From positions 10,873-74,872 of the forward strand of contig RFHH01000119.1 of assembly GCA_003696075.1 (NCBI GenBank): DNA of 64,000 nucleotides. The letters run 5' to 3'. Of this stretch, positions 30,476-41,678 are shown in pieces; positions within the stretch are counted from its first letter, which is position 1; every line of letters begins with the position of its first letter. Origin of the DNA: Acidobacteriota bacterium (GTDB taxonomy: Bacteria > Acidobacteriota > Polarisedimenticolia > J045). The notes under the pieces are model-generated. The model saw only the letters and a list, made by a program, of their open reading frames with translations, did no database searches and was not told the DNA's origin. Position numbers and translations under genes: made by a program.

Positions 30476-31153
30476 GTGGTGCCGGAGCCGCGGAAGGTCG
30501 AAATCCCTTGTCCTGCGTGCGGGCAAACGCACCAGGTGGAAGAGGAGCGTCTCCCCGACAGCGGTGAGCTTCCCTGCCCCGAGTGCGGGGGGACGATCGC
30601 TTTCGCCGCTCCCGCGTCCGCTCCGGCCGCGGCCCCGGCGGCGGCACCGGCGCCGGCCCCCCGCCGGCCGGCGCACGTGGACGACTGGGAAGACGAGGAC
30701 ACCCAGTCGGACGAGGTCGCCTGCCCCGCCTGCGGGCACCGGTTCGACCCGGACCGTGCGCGAGCCGGGCGTGCCACGGTCCTGGTCGTCGAGGACAAAG
30801 AGGTCTTCCTCGGCCTGGCTACCGACGCGCTCGGCCGCCGGTACAACGCCGTCCCCGCCCGCAGCGTCGCGGAGGCGAGGCAGGTTCTCGCGACCCGTCC
30901 GATCGACCTCGTCCTTCTCGACCTGAGCCTGCCGGACGGTGACGGCGTGGACGTGCTCCGCGCCCTCCCGCGCCAGGACATCCCGGTCCTTCTCTACACG
31001 AACGGAGACGAGGGCTCTCTGATGGGAGAGGAGTGGGACCGCCTTCGCGCCCTCGGCGTTCACGACGTGGTGCAGAAGGGCCTCAACATCGACGACGTGC
31101 TGCTGGCGAAGGCTGCCAATCTTCTCGGGGCGTCCGCCCCCGCCGGACACTGA
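30476..31153 (+). CDS. Zinc-ribbon plus receiver-domain response regulator
   Basis: CPAC...CPEC, Ala/Pro linker, third CPAC, then VLVVED, LLDLSLPDGDG, QK; RBS GGAGG. Confidence 0.8.
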   Translation: MVPEPRKVEIPCPACGQTHQVEEERLPDSGELPCPECGGTIAFAAPASAPAAAPAAAPAPAPRRPAHVDDWEDEDTQSDEVACPACGHRFDPDRARAGRATVLVVEDKEVFLGLATDALGRRYNAVPARSVAEARQVLATRPIDLVLLDLSLPDGDGVDVLRALPRQDIPVLLYTNGDEGSLMGEEWDRLRALGVHDVVQKGLNIDDVLLAKAANLLGASAPAGH

Positions 31154-31174
31154 CGGCGGCAGCCCGGCGCGGCT

Positions 31175-32008
31175 TCAGGCCAGCCCGCGCTGCGCCAGCT
31201 CTTCCTCGTCGTAGCCGAGATAGTGGCCGATCTCGTAGCTGAGCGTGAGCCGCAGCTCCCGGATCAGCGTCTCCTCGTCGTGGCAGAAACGTTCGAGGTT
31301 TCGTTTGTAGATGTAGATCGTATCGGGCCGCCGCGGCTTCGCCTTGCCCCGCCTTTCGGGCAGCGGAACTCCCACGTAAAGCCCGTACAGGCATGGATCG
31401 AGCGGCGGATCGAAGTCGAGCAGATCGGACTCCCGCGGCAGGTCGCGCACGACGAAGCGGAGCTGGTCGGCCTTGCGGCGGGCGTCGGGCGGCAAGTGCC
31501 GCCGCGTCTCCGCGAGCGCCTCCGCGAGCGCCCTGGCGAAGGTTCCGCCGCCGAACCGCGTCGGCATCGGATAGGCCTCGGGGTCGATCTCGTGCGCGCG
31601 CCGGAAGCACTCTTCGGCGGCCCGGTACTCGCCGCGCCGCTCGACGCACAGCGCCATCCAGTAGCAGGCCTGGGGGTCGTCCGGGTCGAGAGCGAGGGCG
31701 CGCCCGAGCACCGCCTCGGCTTCGCCGAACCGGCACATCTCGAAATAGCACAGGCCGAGATCCGCGAGCGCGGGCACGTCGTCGGGCTCCGCCTCGAGGT
31801 TCTGCTCGAGCAGCCGGGCGGCCTCCTCGAATTCCCCCTGCTCGATCAGGGCCGACGCCAGAACCTGGCGCGCCCGCGAGGACTCCGGCCGGAGCATGAG
31901 GGCGCGGCGGCCGAGAGCCTCCGCCTCGCCGAACTGTTCCGCGTCGAGCGCATCCTGCGCCCGGCGGATCAACTCCTCGTGCCGTCTGGCGGCCCGGGGC
32001 TGGCCCAT
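31175..32008 (-). CDS. TPR protein with a C-terminal zincin-like domain (YExxH variant)
   Basis: TPR helices, then GLYVGVPL...PDTIYIYKRNLER...TLSYEIGHYLG. Confidence 0.82.
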   Translation of the reverse strand: MGQPRAARRHEELIRRAQDALDAEQFGEAEALGRRALMLRPESSRARQVLASALIEQGEFEEAARLLEQNLEAEPDDVPALADLGLCYFEMCRFGEAEAVLGRALALDPDDPQACYWMALCVERRGEYRAAEECFRRAHEIDPEAYPMPTRFGGGTFARALAEALAETRRHLPPDARRKADQLRFVVRDLPRESDLLDFDPPLDPCLYGLYVGVPLPERRGKAKPRRPDTIYIYKRNLERFCHDEETLIRELRLTLSYEIGHYLGYDEEELAQRGLA

Positions 32009-32210
32009 GGCGTCTCTCCCCCTCCCGGATCGGCTCCGGCCGACCCCGACCCCGCAGGAAGCCCCGGGCGGTCGCCCCGCGCCGGGCCGCGAGCGGGCCG
32101 GCCGACCCGGCTCTCCGGAACGCCCCTAAGATATCCGCTCCCGGCCGGTGCCGACCACAGCGGGGTGGCATCACGGGCGCCCCCGGCCGGGCGTGCGTAG
32201 AATCGGCGCC

Positions 32211-33224
32211 ATGCTTCCCGAACCCAGGTCCCTCGCCGCCTCGCTCCTGGCCTTGGCCGCGGCGCTCCCCGCTTTCGGCGCCGGGGAACCCCCGGCCGAG
32301 CAGCTGCCCGCTCCCGGCACCCCCCTGCCCCCGGTGGCCCGCGCCGAGACCAACTTCAAGATCGGGGAGCGCTACCTCGAGAGCCTCCCCGACGGAACGG
32401 TGGTGCGGGTCGAGCGGACCGACGGCACCCGGCTCGAATACCGCCTCGAGGAGGGGCGCTGGAAGACCGAACTTCCCCCGGCGCGGCTGGAGCAGGACGG
32501 CTCGCGATTCGTCTCCCCGCTCGGCTACTCCGTGGCGATCACCCGGGTCCGCAACCGGGAGCGGGTGCGAATCACCGCTCCCAGCGGCGCCTACACCGAC
32601 TTCTGGATCTCCGGCGACCGGCTGCTCGCCAGCGAGGGAGACGGCGGGCTGTGGTCTCTGTCCATCTCGCACGGAGGTGCGCTCCGGCTGCCGGACGCGA
32701 CGCGGATCGACCTTCTCCCGCGAAAGGCGCGCTGGGAGGCGATCACGCTCGCGGGCCGGCGGTTCGCGCTGGATCTGCGCAGCGGCCGCTGGAGCGAGCT
32801 ACCCGCCGTTCCGTCGGCGCCGCTGGTGCCCGACCTGAACGCGGCCTACGTGGCGGGGGACGGAGACGACTGGCGGAGGCCCGTCGCCGAGGAGCACGTC
32901 GCCTTCGCGTGGAACTGGTACCCCTACGGCCTGCCGGCTTCCCGGCTCGCCGCCGACCTCCGAGACCCGAAGAGGAAGCATGACCTGGACTTCTACTTCA
33001 ACGGACTGCGGGAAGCTCAGCCGGGGCCGGAGGCGGCGGCCTATCTCTTCGCCCGCCGCTTCTGTCTGGGCGGCGGCGACAAGCTGACTTTCGACGTTCC
33101 GGGCCGCGAGCCATACACCGCGATGCTCCTGCCGGGGCCCATCGAACCCGATTTCTTTCTTCTGAAAATCGAGCGGCCGAAGACGCTGCCGGCCCCGCGG
33201 AGCATCCCCCAGGGACGGCGGTGA
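32211..33224 (+). CDS. Hypothetical exported protein
   Basis: Signal peptide SLAASLLALAAALPAFG; GC3-biased codons; TAGAAT 7 nt before the ATG. Confidence 0.7.
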   Translation: MLPEPRSLAASLLALAAALPAFGAGEPPAEQLPAPGTPLPPVARAETNFKIGERYLESLPDGTVVRVERTDGTRLEYRLEEGRWKTELPPARLEQDGSRFVSPLGYSVAITRVRNRERVRITAPSGAYTDFWISGDRLLASEGDGGLWSLSISHGGALRLPDATRIDLLPRKARWEAITLAGRRFALDLRSGRWSELPAVPSAPLVPDLNAAYVAGDGDDWRRPVAEEHVAFAWNWYPYGLPASRLAADLRDPKRKHDLDFYFNGLREAQPGPEAAAYLFARRFCLGGGDKLTFDVPGREPYTAMLLPGPIEPDFFLLKIERPKTLPAPRSIPQGRR

Positions 33225-33254
33225 CGCCGGCGCGGCCCGCGCGGAGGAAACCGG

Positions 33255-35375
33255 ATGAGGCGGATCGGGATCTTGGCGGTTCTCGTGTGGGTGGGCGCAT
33301 TCGGCCCCGCGACGGCGGCCGGGGCGGGCCTGACGCCCGAACAGGTGGCGCAGATCCGGGACGTCACCAGCGCCCGGATCTCGCCCGGCGGGGAGATCAT
33401 CGCCTTCACGCTCGCGCGGCCGCGGCAGCCGGGGAAGGACGAAGACGGGCCCGCCTGGGTCGAGCTGCACGTGGTCAGGACCGACGGTACGGGGGCGAGG
33501 ACCTTCGTGGGGGGCGATGTCTCCGTGTCGCACGTGCGCTTCAGCCCCGACGGCCGTCTCATCGCCTACCTGTCGAAGCGAGGGGACGACGAGCACACCG
33601 CGATCTGGGCGATCCCGGTCGACGGTGGAGAGTCCCGGAAGCTGGTCGAACACGAGACCGACATCACGAGCTTCGACTGGAGCCCCGACGGCACGCGAAT
33701 CGCGTTCGTCGCGTCAGAGCCGCTCCCGGAGGAGATCGAAGAACAGCGGGACAAGGGATTCAACCAGGAGATCTACGAGGAGGACTGGCAGCCGCGCCGG
33801 ATCTACCTGGCGCAGCTCGGGGACGGCGACGAGCCGGTGACCGAGGCGCGGAAGCTCGCTCTCGAGGGACAGCCCTGGCATGTCCGGTTCTCACCGGACG
33901 GTTCGAAGCTCCTCACCGATCTTTCACCGACTCCGCTGACCGACGATCGCTATATGTTCCGCCGGCTCGCCGTGGTCGACGCGGAGAGCGGGGAGGTCGT
34001 CGCGCGGATCGAGAATCCGGGGAAGCTGGGTCAGTTCGACTGGTCCCCGGACGGTAACACGATCGTGCTGGTCTCGGGGGTCGACATCAACGACCCGCGA
34101 GAGGGGCGGCTCATGGCCGTCGCCGCGTCGGGCGGAACGCCGCGGGACCTTCTCCCGGAGCTGCGCAATCGGGGTCACGTCGAAGCGTTTGCGTTCCGGG
34201 CCGACGGCGCGATTCTCTACCTCGCGAGCGTGGGCGTGGGCACCCGCGTCGGACTCGTGGGCCCCGGCTCCTCCGCGAACCGCATCCTCTACGAAGGGGA
34301 CGGCGCCAACGGACCGGTCCTGTACTCGATCCACGCCGACCGCGCCGGACGCACGGTCGTGGCCGTGGGCGACAGTCCCCGTCACCCCCGCGAGCTGTTC
34401 GTTCTGCCGCCGTCGGCGCCCGACCGGCCGCAGAGGCTGACCGACAGCAACCCGTGGCTCTCGGAAGTCGAGCTGGCGCCGCAGGAGATCGTCACCTACA
34501 CCGCCCGGGATGGCCTGGAACTCCAGGGGCTCCTGATCCACCCGCTCCGGCGCGAGGAAGGACGGACGGTTCCGCTGATCGTCGTGGCGCACGGAGGGCC
34601 CGAGTACCATTACCGAAACGGCTGGCTGACGCGCTACTCCTACCCGGGGCAGGTCGCCGCCGCCCGCGGCTACGCGGTTTTCTACCCGAACTACCGGGGA
34701 AGCACCGGCCGTGGTGTGGCCTTCGCGAAGGCCGACCAGGGAGACGGTGGGGGCAAGGAGTTCCTCGACGTCATCGACGGCATCGAGCACCTCGTCGCCC
34801 GCGGATTGGTCGACCGCGCCAAGGTCGGGATCACGGGAGGCTCGTACGGCGGTTACTTCACCGCGCTCGGCGCCACGAAGTTCAGCGACCATTTCGCGGC
34901 GGGGGTGATGTTCGTCGGGATCTCGGACCAGCTTTCCAAGTTCGGGACGTCGGACATCCCCCGCGAGATGGAACTCGTCCACTGGCTCGCCCATCCGTTC
35001 GACAATCTGGAGCTCTTCCTCGACCGGAGCCCCGTGATGCATGCGGCCAAGGCGCACACACCGCTGCTGATCCTGCACGGAAAGGAAGACCCGCGTGTCA
35101 ATCCCGGCCAGTCTCACGAGCTCTACCGGGCGTTGAAGCGCAAGGGAGACGTCCCTGTGCGGCTGGTGCTGTACCCCGGGGAGGGTCATGGCAATCGCAG
35201 GGCTGCGTCACGCTACGACTACAACCTGCGGATGCTGCGCTGGTTCGATCACTTCCTCAAGGGAGGCGGTCGGGAACTGCCCGACTGGCGGATCGAGTAT
35301 CCCCTCCTCGAAGAAGAAGAGGAGGGGGATGCGGAGGCGAAGGCCGCGGGGGCGGCGCCCGCCTCCGCTTCCTGA
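33255..35375 (+). CDS. S9 family peptidase (acylaminoacyl/dipeptidyl peptidase-like), exported
   Basis: Signal peptide, propeller repeats (FSPDG/WSPDG), HGGP, GGSYGG nucleophile, HGKEDPRV, GEGHG. Confidence 0.93.
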   Translation: MRRIGILAVLVWVGAFGPATAAGAGLTPEQVAQIRDVTSARISPGGEIIAFTLARPRQPGKDEDGPAWVELHVVRTDGTGARTFVGGDVSVSHVRFSPDGRLIAYLSKRGDDEHTAIWAIPVDGGESRKLVEHETDITSFDWSPDGTRIAFVASEPLPEEIEEQRDKGFNQEIYEEDWQPRRIYLAQLGDGDEPVTEARKLALEGQPWHVRFSPDGSKLLTDLSPTPLTDDRYMFRRLAVVDAESGEVVARIENPGKLGQFDWSPDGNTIVLVSGVDINDPREGRLMAVAASGGTPRDLLPELRNRGHVEAFAFRADGAILYLASVGVGTRVGLVGPGSSANRILYEGDGANGPVLYSIHADRAGRTVVAVGDSPRHPRELFVLPPSAPDRPQRLTDSNPWLSEVELAPQEIVTYTARDGLELQGLLIHPLRREEGRTVPLIVVAHGGPEYHYRNGWLTRYSYPGQVAAARGYAVFYPNYRGSTGRGVAFAKADQGDGGGKEFLDVIDGIEHLVARGLVDRAKVGITGGSYGGYFTALGATKFSDHFAAGVMFVGISDQLSKFGTSDIPREMELVHWLAHPFDNLELFLDRSPVMHAAKAHTPLLILHGKEDPRVNPGQSHELYRALKRKGDVPVRLVLYPGEGHGNRRAASRYDYNLRMLRWFDHFLKGGGRELPDWRIEYPLLEEEEEGDAEAKAAGAAPASAS

Positions 35376-35387
35376 ACGGGGGACCCG

Positions 35388-38009
<2,622 letters not shown>

Positions 38010-38048
38010 CGTTCACCTCTCCGAGTCATCGGCCTATCGGCACCGGCC

Positions 38049-38999
38049 TCAAGATCGCTCGAGCCGGGCGAGCTTCTCGTACAGTTCGCGCTGCTCTCGC
38101 GTCGGGTGCTTCGGCACCACGAGGCGGACTCGCGCAAGCAGATCGCCGCGCCCGCCGTCCTTCCGGGGAAGACCGCGGCCGCGCACGCGCAACGTCGTCC
38201 CCGTCGAAGTCCCGGGCGCGACACGGACTCTCACCGGGCGCTCGGGGGTCGGCACCTCCACGTGGCCGCCGACCACCGCGAGGGGTGCCGGGACGTCGAC
38301 CTCGGTCACGAGGTCGTCACCTTCGATGCGGAACGCCGGATCCGGGCGCAGCCGGATCTTCAGGTACAGATCTCCGCGGGGCGAGCCGGGCTGTCCCCCG
38401 CCGCCCATCCCGGGCAGGCGCAGCTTCTGTCCCGGCCGCAGTCCCGGAGGCAGGTTCACCGTCACGGTCTTCCGCTCCACCTTCCCGCCGGCTCCGGGAA
38501 CGCCCACCGTGATCCTGCGCGGACCCGGATGGAGCAGGTCGGACAGTCCGAACTCCACCTCCGCTTCGACGTCCCGGCCGCGCGGCCGGTGCGTGCGGGT
38601 GCGGCCGAAACCGCCCAGCCCCAGGTCACCGAAGAGGGTCTCGAAGAAATCGGAAAAGCCGCTTCCCCCGGCGCCGCCTCCGGCGGACCCGAAGATGTCG
38701 CCGAGATCCCCCATGCCGCCGACGTGGACGCGGAATCCCTCGAAGCCGGGAGGCGGCTCGAACGGAGCGCCGTGCTTCCAATTGGCGCCGAGCCGGTCGT
38801 AGCGGGCCCGCTTCTCGGGATCGCTGAGAACCTCGTAGGCCTCGTTGAGGTCCCGGAACTGCTCCTCCGCCCGGGGGGACTTGTTGACGTCCGGGTGGAG
38901 TTCGCGCGCCTTCCGGCGATAGGCGCGCTTGATCTCCTCGGTCGACGCCTTCCGGTCGACGCCCAGGATGGCGTAGTAGTCCTTGTAGGTCACGCTCAC
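38049..38999 (-). CDS. Class II DnaJ/CbpA-like co-chaperone
   Basis: [15 protein letters not shown]-rich linker with FSDFFE, no zinc finger, DnaJ C-domain. Confidence 0.92.
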   Translation of the reverse strand: MSVTYKDYYAILGVDRKASTEEIKRAYRRKARELHPDVNKSPRAEEQFRDLNEAYEVLSDPEKRARYDRLGANWKHGAPFEPPPGFEGFRVHVGGMGDLGDIFGSAGGGAGGSGFSDFFETLFGDLGLGGFGRTRTHRPRGRDVEAEVEFGLSDLLHPGPRRITVGVPGAGGKVERKTVTVNLPPGLRPGQKLRLPGMGGGGQPGSPRGDLYLKIRLRPDPAFRIEGDDLVTEVDVPAPLAVVGGHVEVPTPERPVRVRVAPGTSTGTTLRVRGRGLPRKDGGRGDLLARVRLVVPKHPTREQRELYEKLARLERS

Positions 39000-39630
39000 G
39001 ACGACGCCTCTCGATCGGTGGAGACCCGCCCGGGGCGGGCCGAGCGACCGCCGCGCCCCTTGTGGCATCGCGGGGCCCCCGGGTCAAGCGGCGCCGGCGC
39101 CCGGACGTTTCCGGGCAGCCGGCGCGAGTGCCCGAGAAATCGATGCGCCCGCAGGCGGCGCGGCCTCTTTCCGTTGGACGCGGGCGGCCTCCCGAAGCAG
39201 CGGCGGAGGGGGCTTTCGGCCGGCGGTCGGCTCGTCCGGCCCCCCGGCGGCCGGGCGTTCGTTCCGAGGTGCACCCGCGATGGTGCGTTTTCCTCTGCAA
39301 GTCGTTGTGGCTTGGGAGGTTCCGGCCGAACTCGCCGCTCGAGGAGTCAGGGCGCGCGGAAGCCACGGGTTTTCGCGGGACTGGGCGCCGGCGCGCACCG
39401 TCGCGGAAGCACCTTCCGCTCGCTGCGGCCCACCGGCGGGACGGGACGGAAGCGGAGGGCGGCGCCTCCGCCTTCGGCCCGCGGAGGGGGCGGTCGTCCC
39501 GCCCGCGCAGGATCCGGCCGGCCGATCCGCTGGGATCACCCCGGGAGACCGCCTTCCCGCTGGCGACCGCAACGAAGGCCGCCTTGCGCCGGCGGCCGTG
39601 CAGGATCACGCTTCGACGCCGGAGGAACCG

Positions 39631-40146
39631 ATGGGGCGCCCCCACCCGCGCCGGATGAACGAGCGGCAACTGCGGCGACTGCTGAACTTCTACCCGCCGT
39701 TCCTCTTCCAGAGGATCCGCGTCGTGGAGATCGGCCCGGGGTTCCGCCACGCGAAGGTCCGAGTCCGCAAGAGCCTGTTCAACCGCAACCACGCCGGAAC
39801 GATCTTCGGCGGTTCGATCTTCGCCGCCGCCGATCCGATCTACGCGGTGCTCTACTGGCAGGCCCTCGCGCGCGAGGGTCTCCGCGTGCACGTGTGGCTC
39901 AAGAGTGCCTCCATCCGCTACCTCAAGCCGGCCGCCTCCGACCTCACCTTGGAGTTCGCGCTGACGGACCGGGACCTCGCCGAGGCCCGCGACGCTCTCG
40001 CGTCCGAGGGGCGCTTCGCCCGGCGCTTCGCGGTCGAGGCCATCGACGCGGGCGGCGAGCCCTGCGCGCTGGTCGAGACCGAGGTCTACGTCGGGATGCC
40101 CGGGACCGGGGAGAGGTCCGGAGCCGCCGGAGCGGAGGCGGTGTGA
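39631..40146 (+). CDS. DUF4442/YiiD-like hotdog-fold thioesterase
   Basis: LLNFYPPFL...NRNHAGTIFGGSIFAAADP...VWLKSASIRYLKP. The start could instead be 39655. Confidence 0.82.
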   Translation: MGRPHPRRMNERQLRRLLNFYPPFLFQRIRVVEIGPGFRHAKVRVRKSLFNRNHAGTIFGGSIFAAADPIYAVLYWQALAREGLRVHVWLKSASIRYLKPAASDLTLEFALTDRDLAEARDALASEGRFARRFAVEAIDAGGEPCALVETEVYVGMPGTGERSGAAGAEAV

Positions 40147-40246
40147 CCGGGGGCCCGTGCCCGTGGCCGGCGCGGCCCCGCCCGGACATACTTGCCGGGC
40201 CCGCCGCTCAGCCGCGGGAGAACCAGCCGAGCCGGGAGGCCCGCCG

Positions 40247-41515
40247 ATGAGCCGCAGCAAGGTCGCCGTCCTCCAGACCCGCCCCCGCACCGTCTTCGCC
40301 GACTACCACCGCCTGATGAACCTCGCGGGGTACCAGGACGTCATCGACCGCTCAGCCGACACGGCACTCAAGATCAACATCTCGTGGCACTTCTTCTATC
40401 CGGCCAGCTCCACCACGCCCTGGCAGCTCGAGGGCGTGATCCGCGCGATGAAGGCCGACGGGTACGATCCGGCGTTGATCCACGGATGCCACAACCGGAC
40501 GGTCGTGATCGACGCCCACCTCGGGGAGCGCGAGAACAAGCACCTCGCGGTGCTCCAGGCGCACGGCCTGAGGAACATCCATCTCTACGAGGGCGAGGAG
40601 TGGATCCACATCAGAGATGCGGTCGGGGAGCTCGCCGACCGGTTCCTGTGCCTGAACGACGTCTATCCCCGAGGCTTCCACATCCCGAAGCGGTTCATCG
40701 GCGAGAACATCATCCACCTGCCGACGGTCAAGACCCACGTGTTCACCACGACCACCGGGGCGATGAAGAACGCCTTCGGAGGGCTGCTGAACGAGCACCG
40801 ACACTGGACGCACCCGGTGATCCACGAAACGCTCGTCGACCTTCTCATGATCCAGAAGAAGATCCACCGGGGGGTCTTCGCGGTGATGGACGGTACGTTC
40901 GCCGGGGACGGACCCGGGCCGCGGTGCATGGTGCCGCACGTGAAGAACGTGATCCTGGCATCCGCCGACCAGGTCGCGATCGACGCGGTGGCGGCGCGGA
41001 TGATGGGGTTCGACCCCCTCTCGATCAAGTACATCCGTCTCGCGCACGATCTGGGACTCGGATGCGGCGATCCGCGGGAGATCGAGATCGCCGGCGACGA
41101 GAGGGCCGCGGCACAGAACTGGCGCTTCGACGGACCGTACAAGCGAATGACCTTCGCTTCCCGCATGCAGCACAAGATCTACTGGGGCCCGCTGAAGAAA
41201 CCGGTCGAGTGGTCGCTGAAGACGGTGCTCGCGCCGTGGGCGTACGTTGCGAGCGTTCTGTACCACGACAGCTTCTGGTATCCGCTGAAGGCGAAGCGGA
41301 TGATGCGGGCGGCGCTCGACAGCGAGTGGGGGCGGCTGTTCCGGAACTGGGAAAAGCTGAGCCCCGACGAACTCGGCTTTCCCGAGGTCGGTGACGAACC
41401 GGCGGAGCTGGAGAAGACGGGGCTGCGCGCTCTTCGCCAATCGCTCGGGATCCTCGCCACCTGTCTCCGGGAGGCCCCGGAGTTCGCCGCGCGACGGCGA
41501 GCCCGCGGGCGCTGA
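40247..41515 (+). CDS. DUF362 domain protein
   Basis: KINISW...TTPWQLEGVI, LPTVKTH, TGAMKNAFG, DGTFAGDGPGP, DQVAIDAVAARMMG; RBS GGAGG. Confidence 0.85.
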   Translation: MSRSKVAVLQTRPRTVFADYHRLMNLAGYQDVIDRSADTALKINISWHFFYPASSTTPWQLEGVIRAMKADGYDPALIHGCHNRTVVIDAHLGERENKHLAVLQAHGLRNIHLYEGEEWIHIRDAVGELADRFLCLNDVYPRGFHIPKRFIGENIIHLPTVKTHVFTTTTGAMKNAFGGLLNEHRHWTHPVIHETLVDLLMIQKKIHRGVFAVMDGTFAGDGPGPRCMVPHVKNVILASADQVAIDAVAARMMGFDPLSIKYIRLAHDLGLGCGDPREIEIAGDERAAAQNWRFDGPYKRMTFASRMQHKIYWGPLKKPVEWSLKTVLAPWAYVASVLYHDSFWYPLKAKRMMRAALDSEWGRLFRNWEKLSPDELGFPEVGDEPAELEKTGLRALRQSLGILATCLREAPEFAARRRARGR

Positions 41516-41678
41516 CGAGCGCCGCGCTCCGGCAATTCCCTCCGCGGCGGTGGGGATCCCTCTTTCCCCGCAGCCGGCACCGCGTTCGCACCGCCGCGGG
41601 GACACCCGGGGCCGGTTTGCAGCTTCGCGCGTCTTCGCGGTACCCTCCGGCGGCTCCCGAGCCGTCCGGAAGGCGCCG

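Noticed and set aside
39059..39088. Shared heat-shock promoter upstream of dnaJ (CTTGACC-N17-CACAAG) and hsp20 (CTTGACG-N17-TAGAAG, about 3280-3309)
   Set aside because: The -35 elements agree, but the -10 elements are too dissimilar from each other and from the RpoH consensus to call from two examples.
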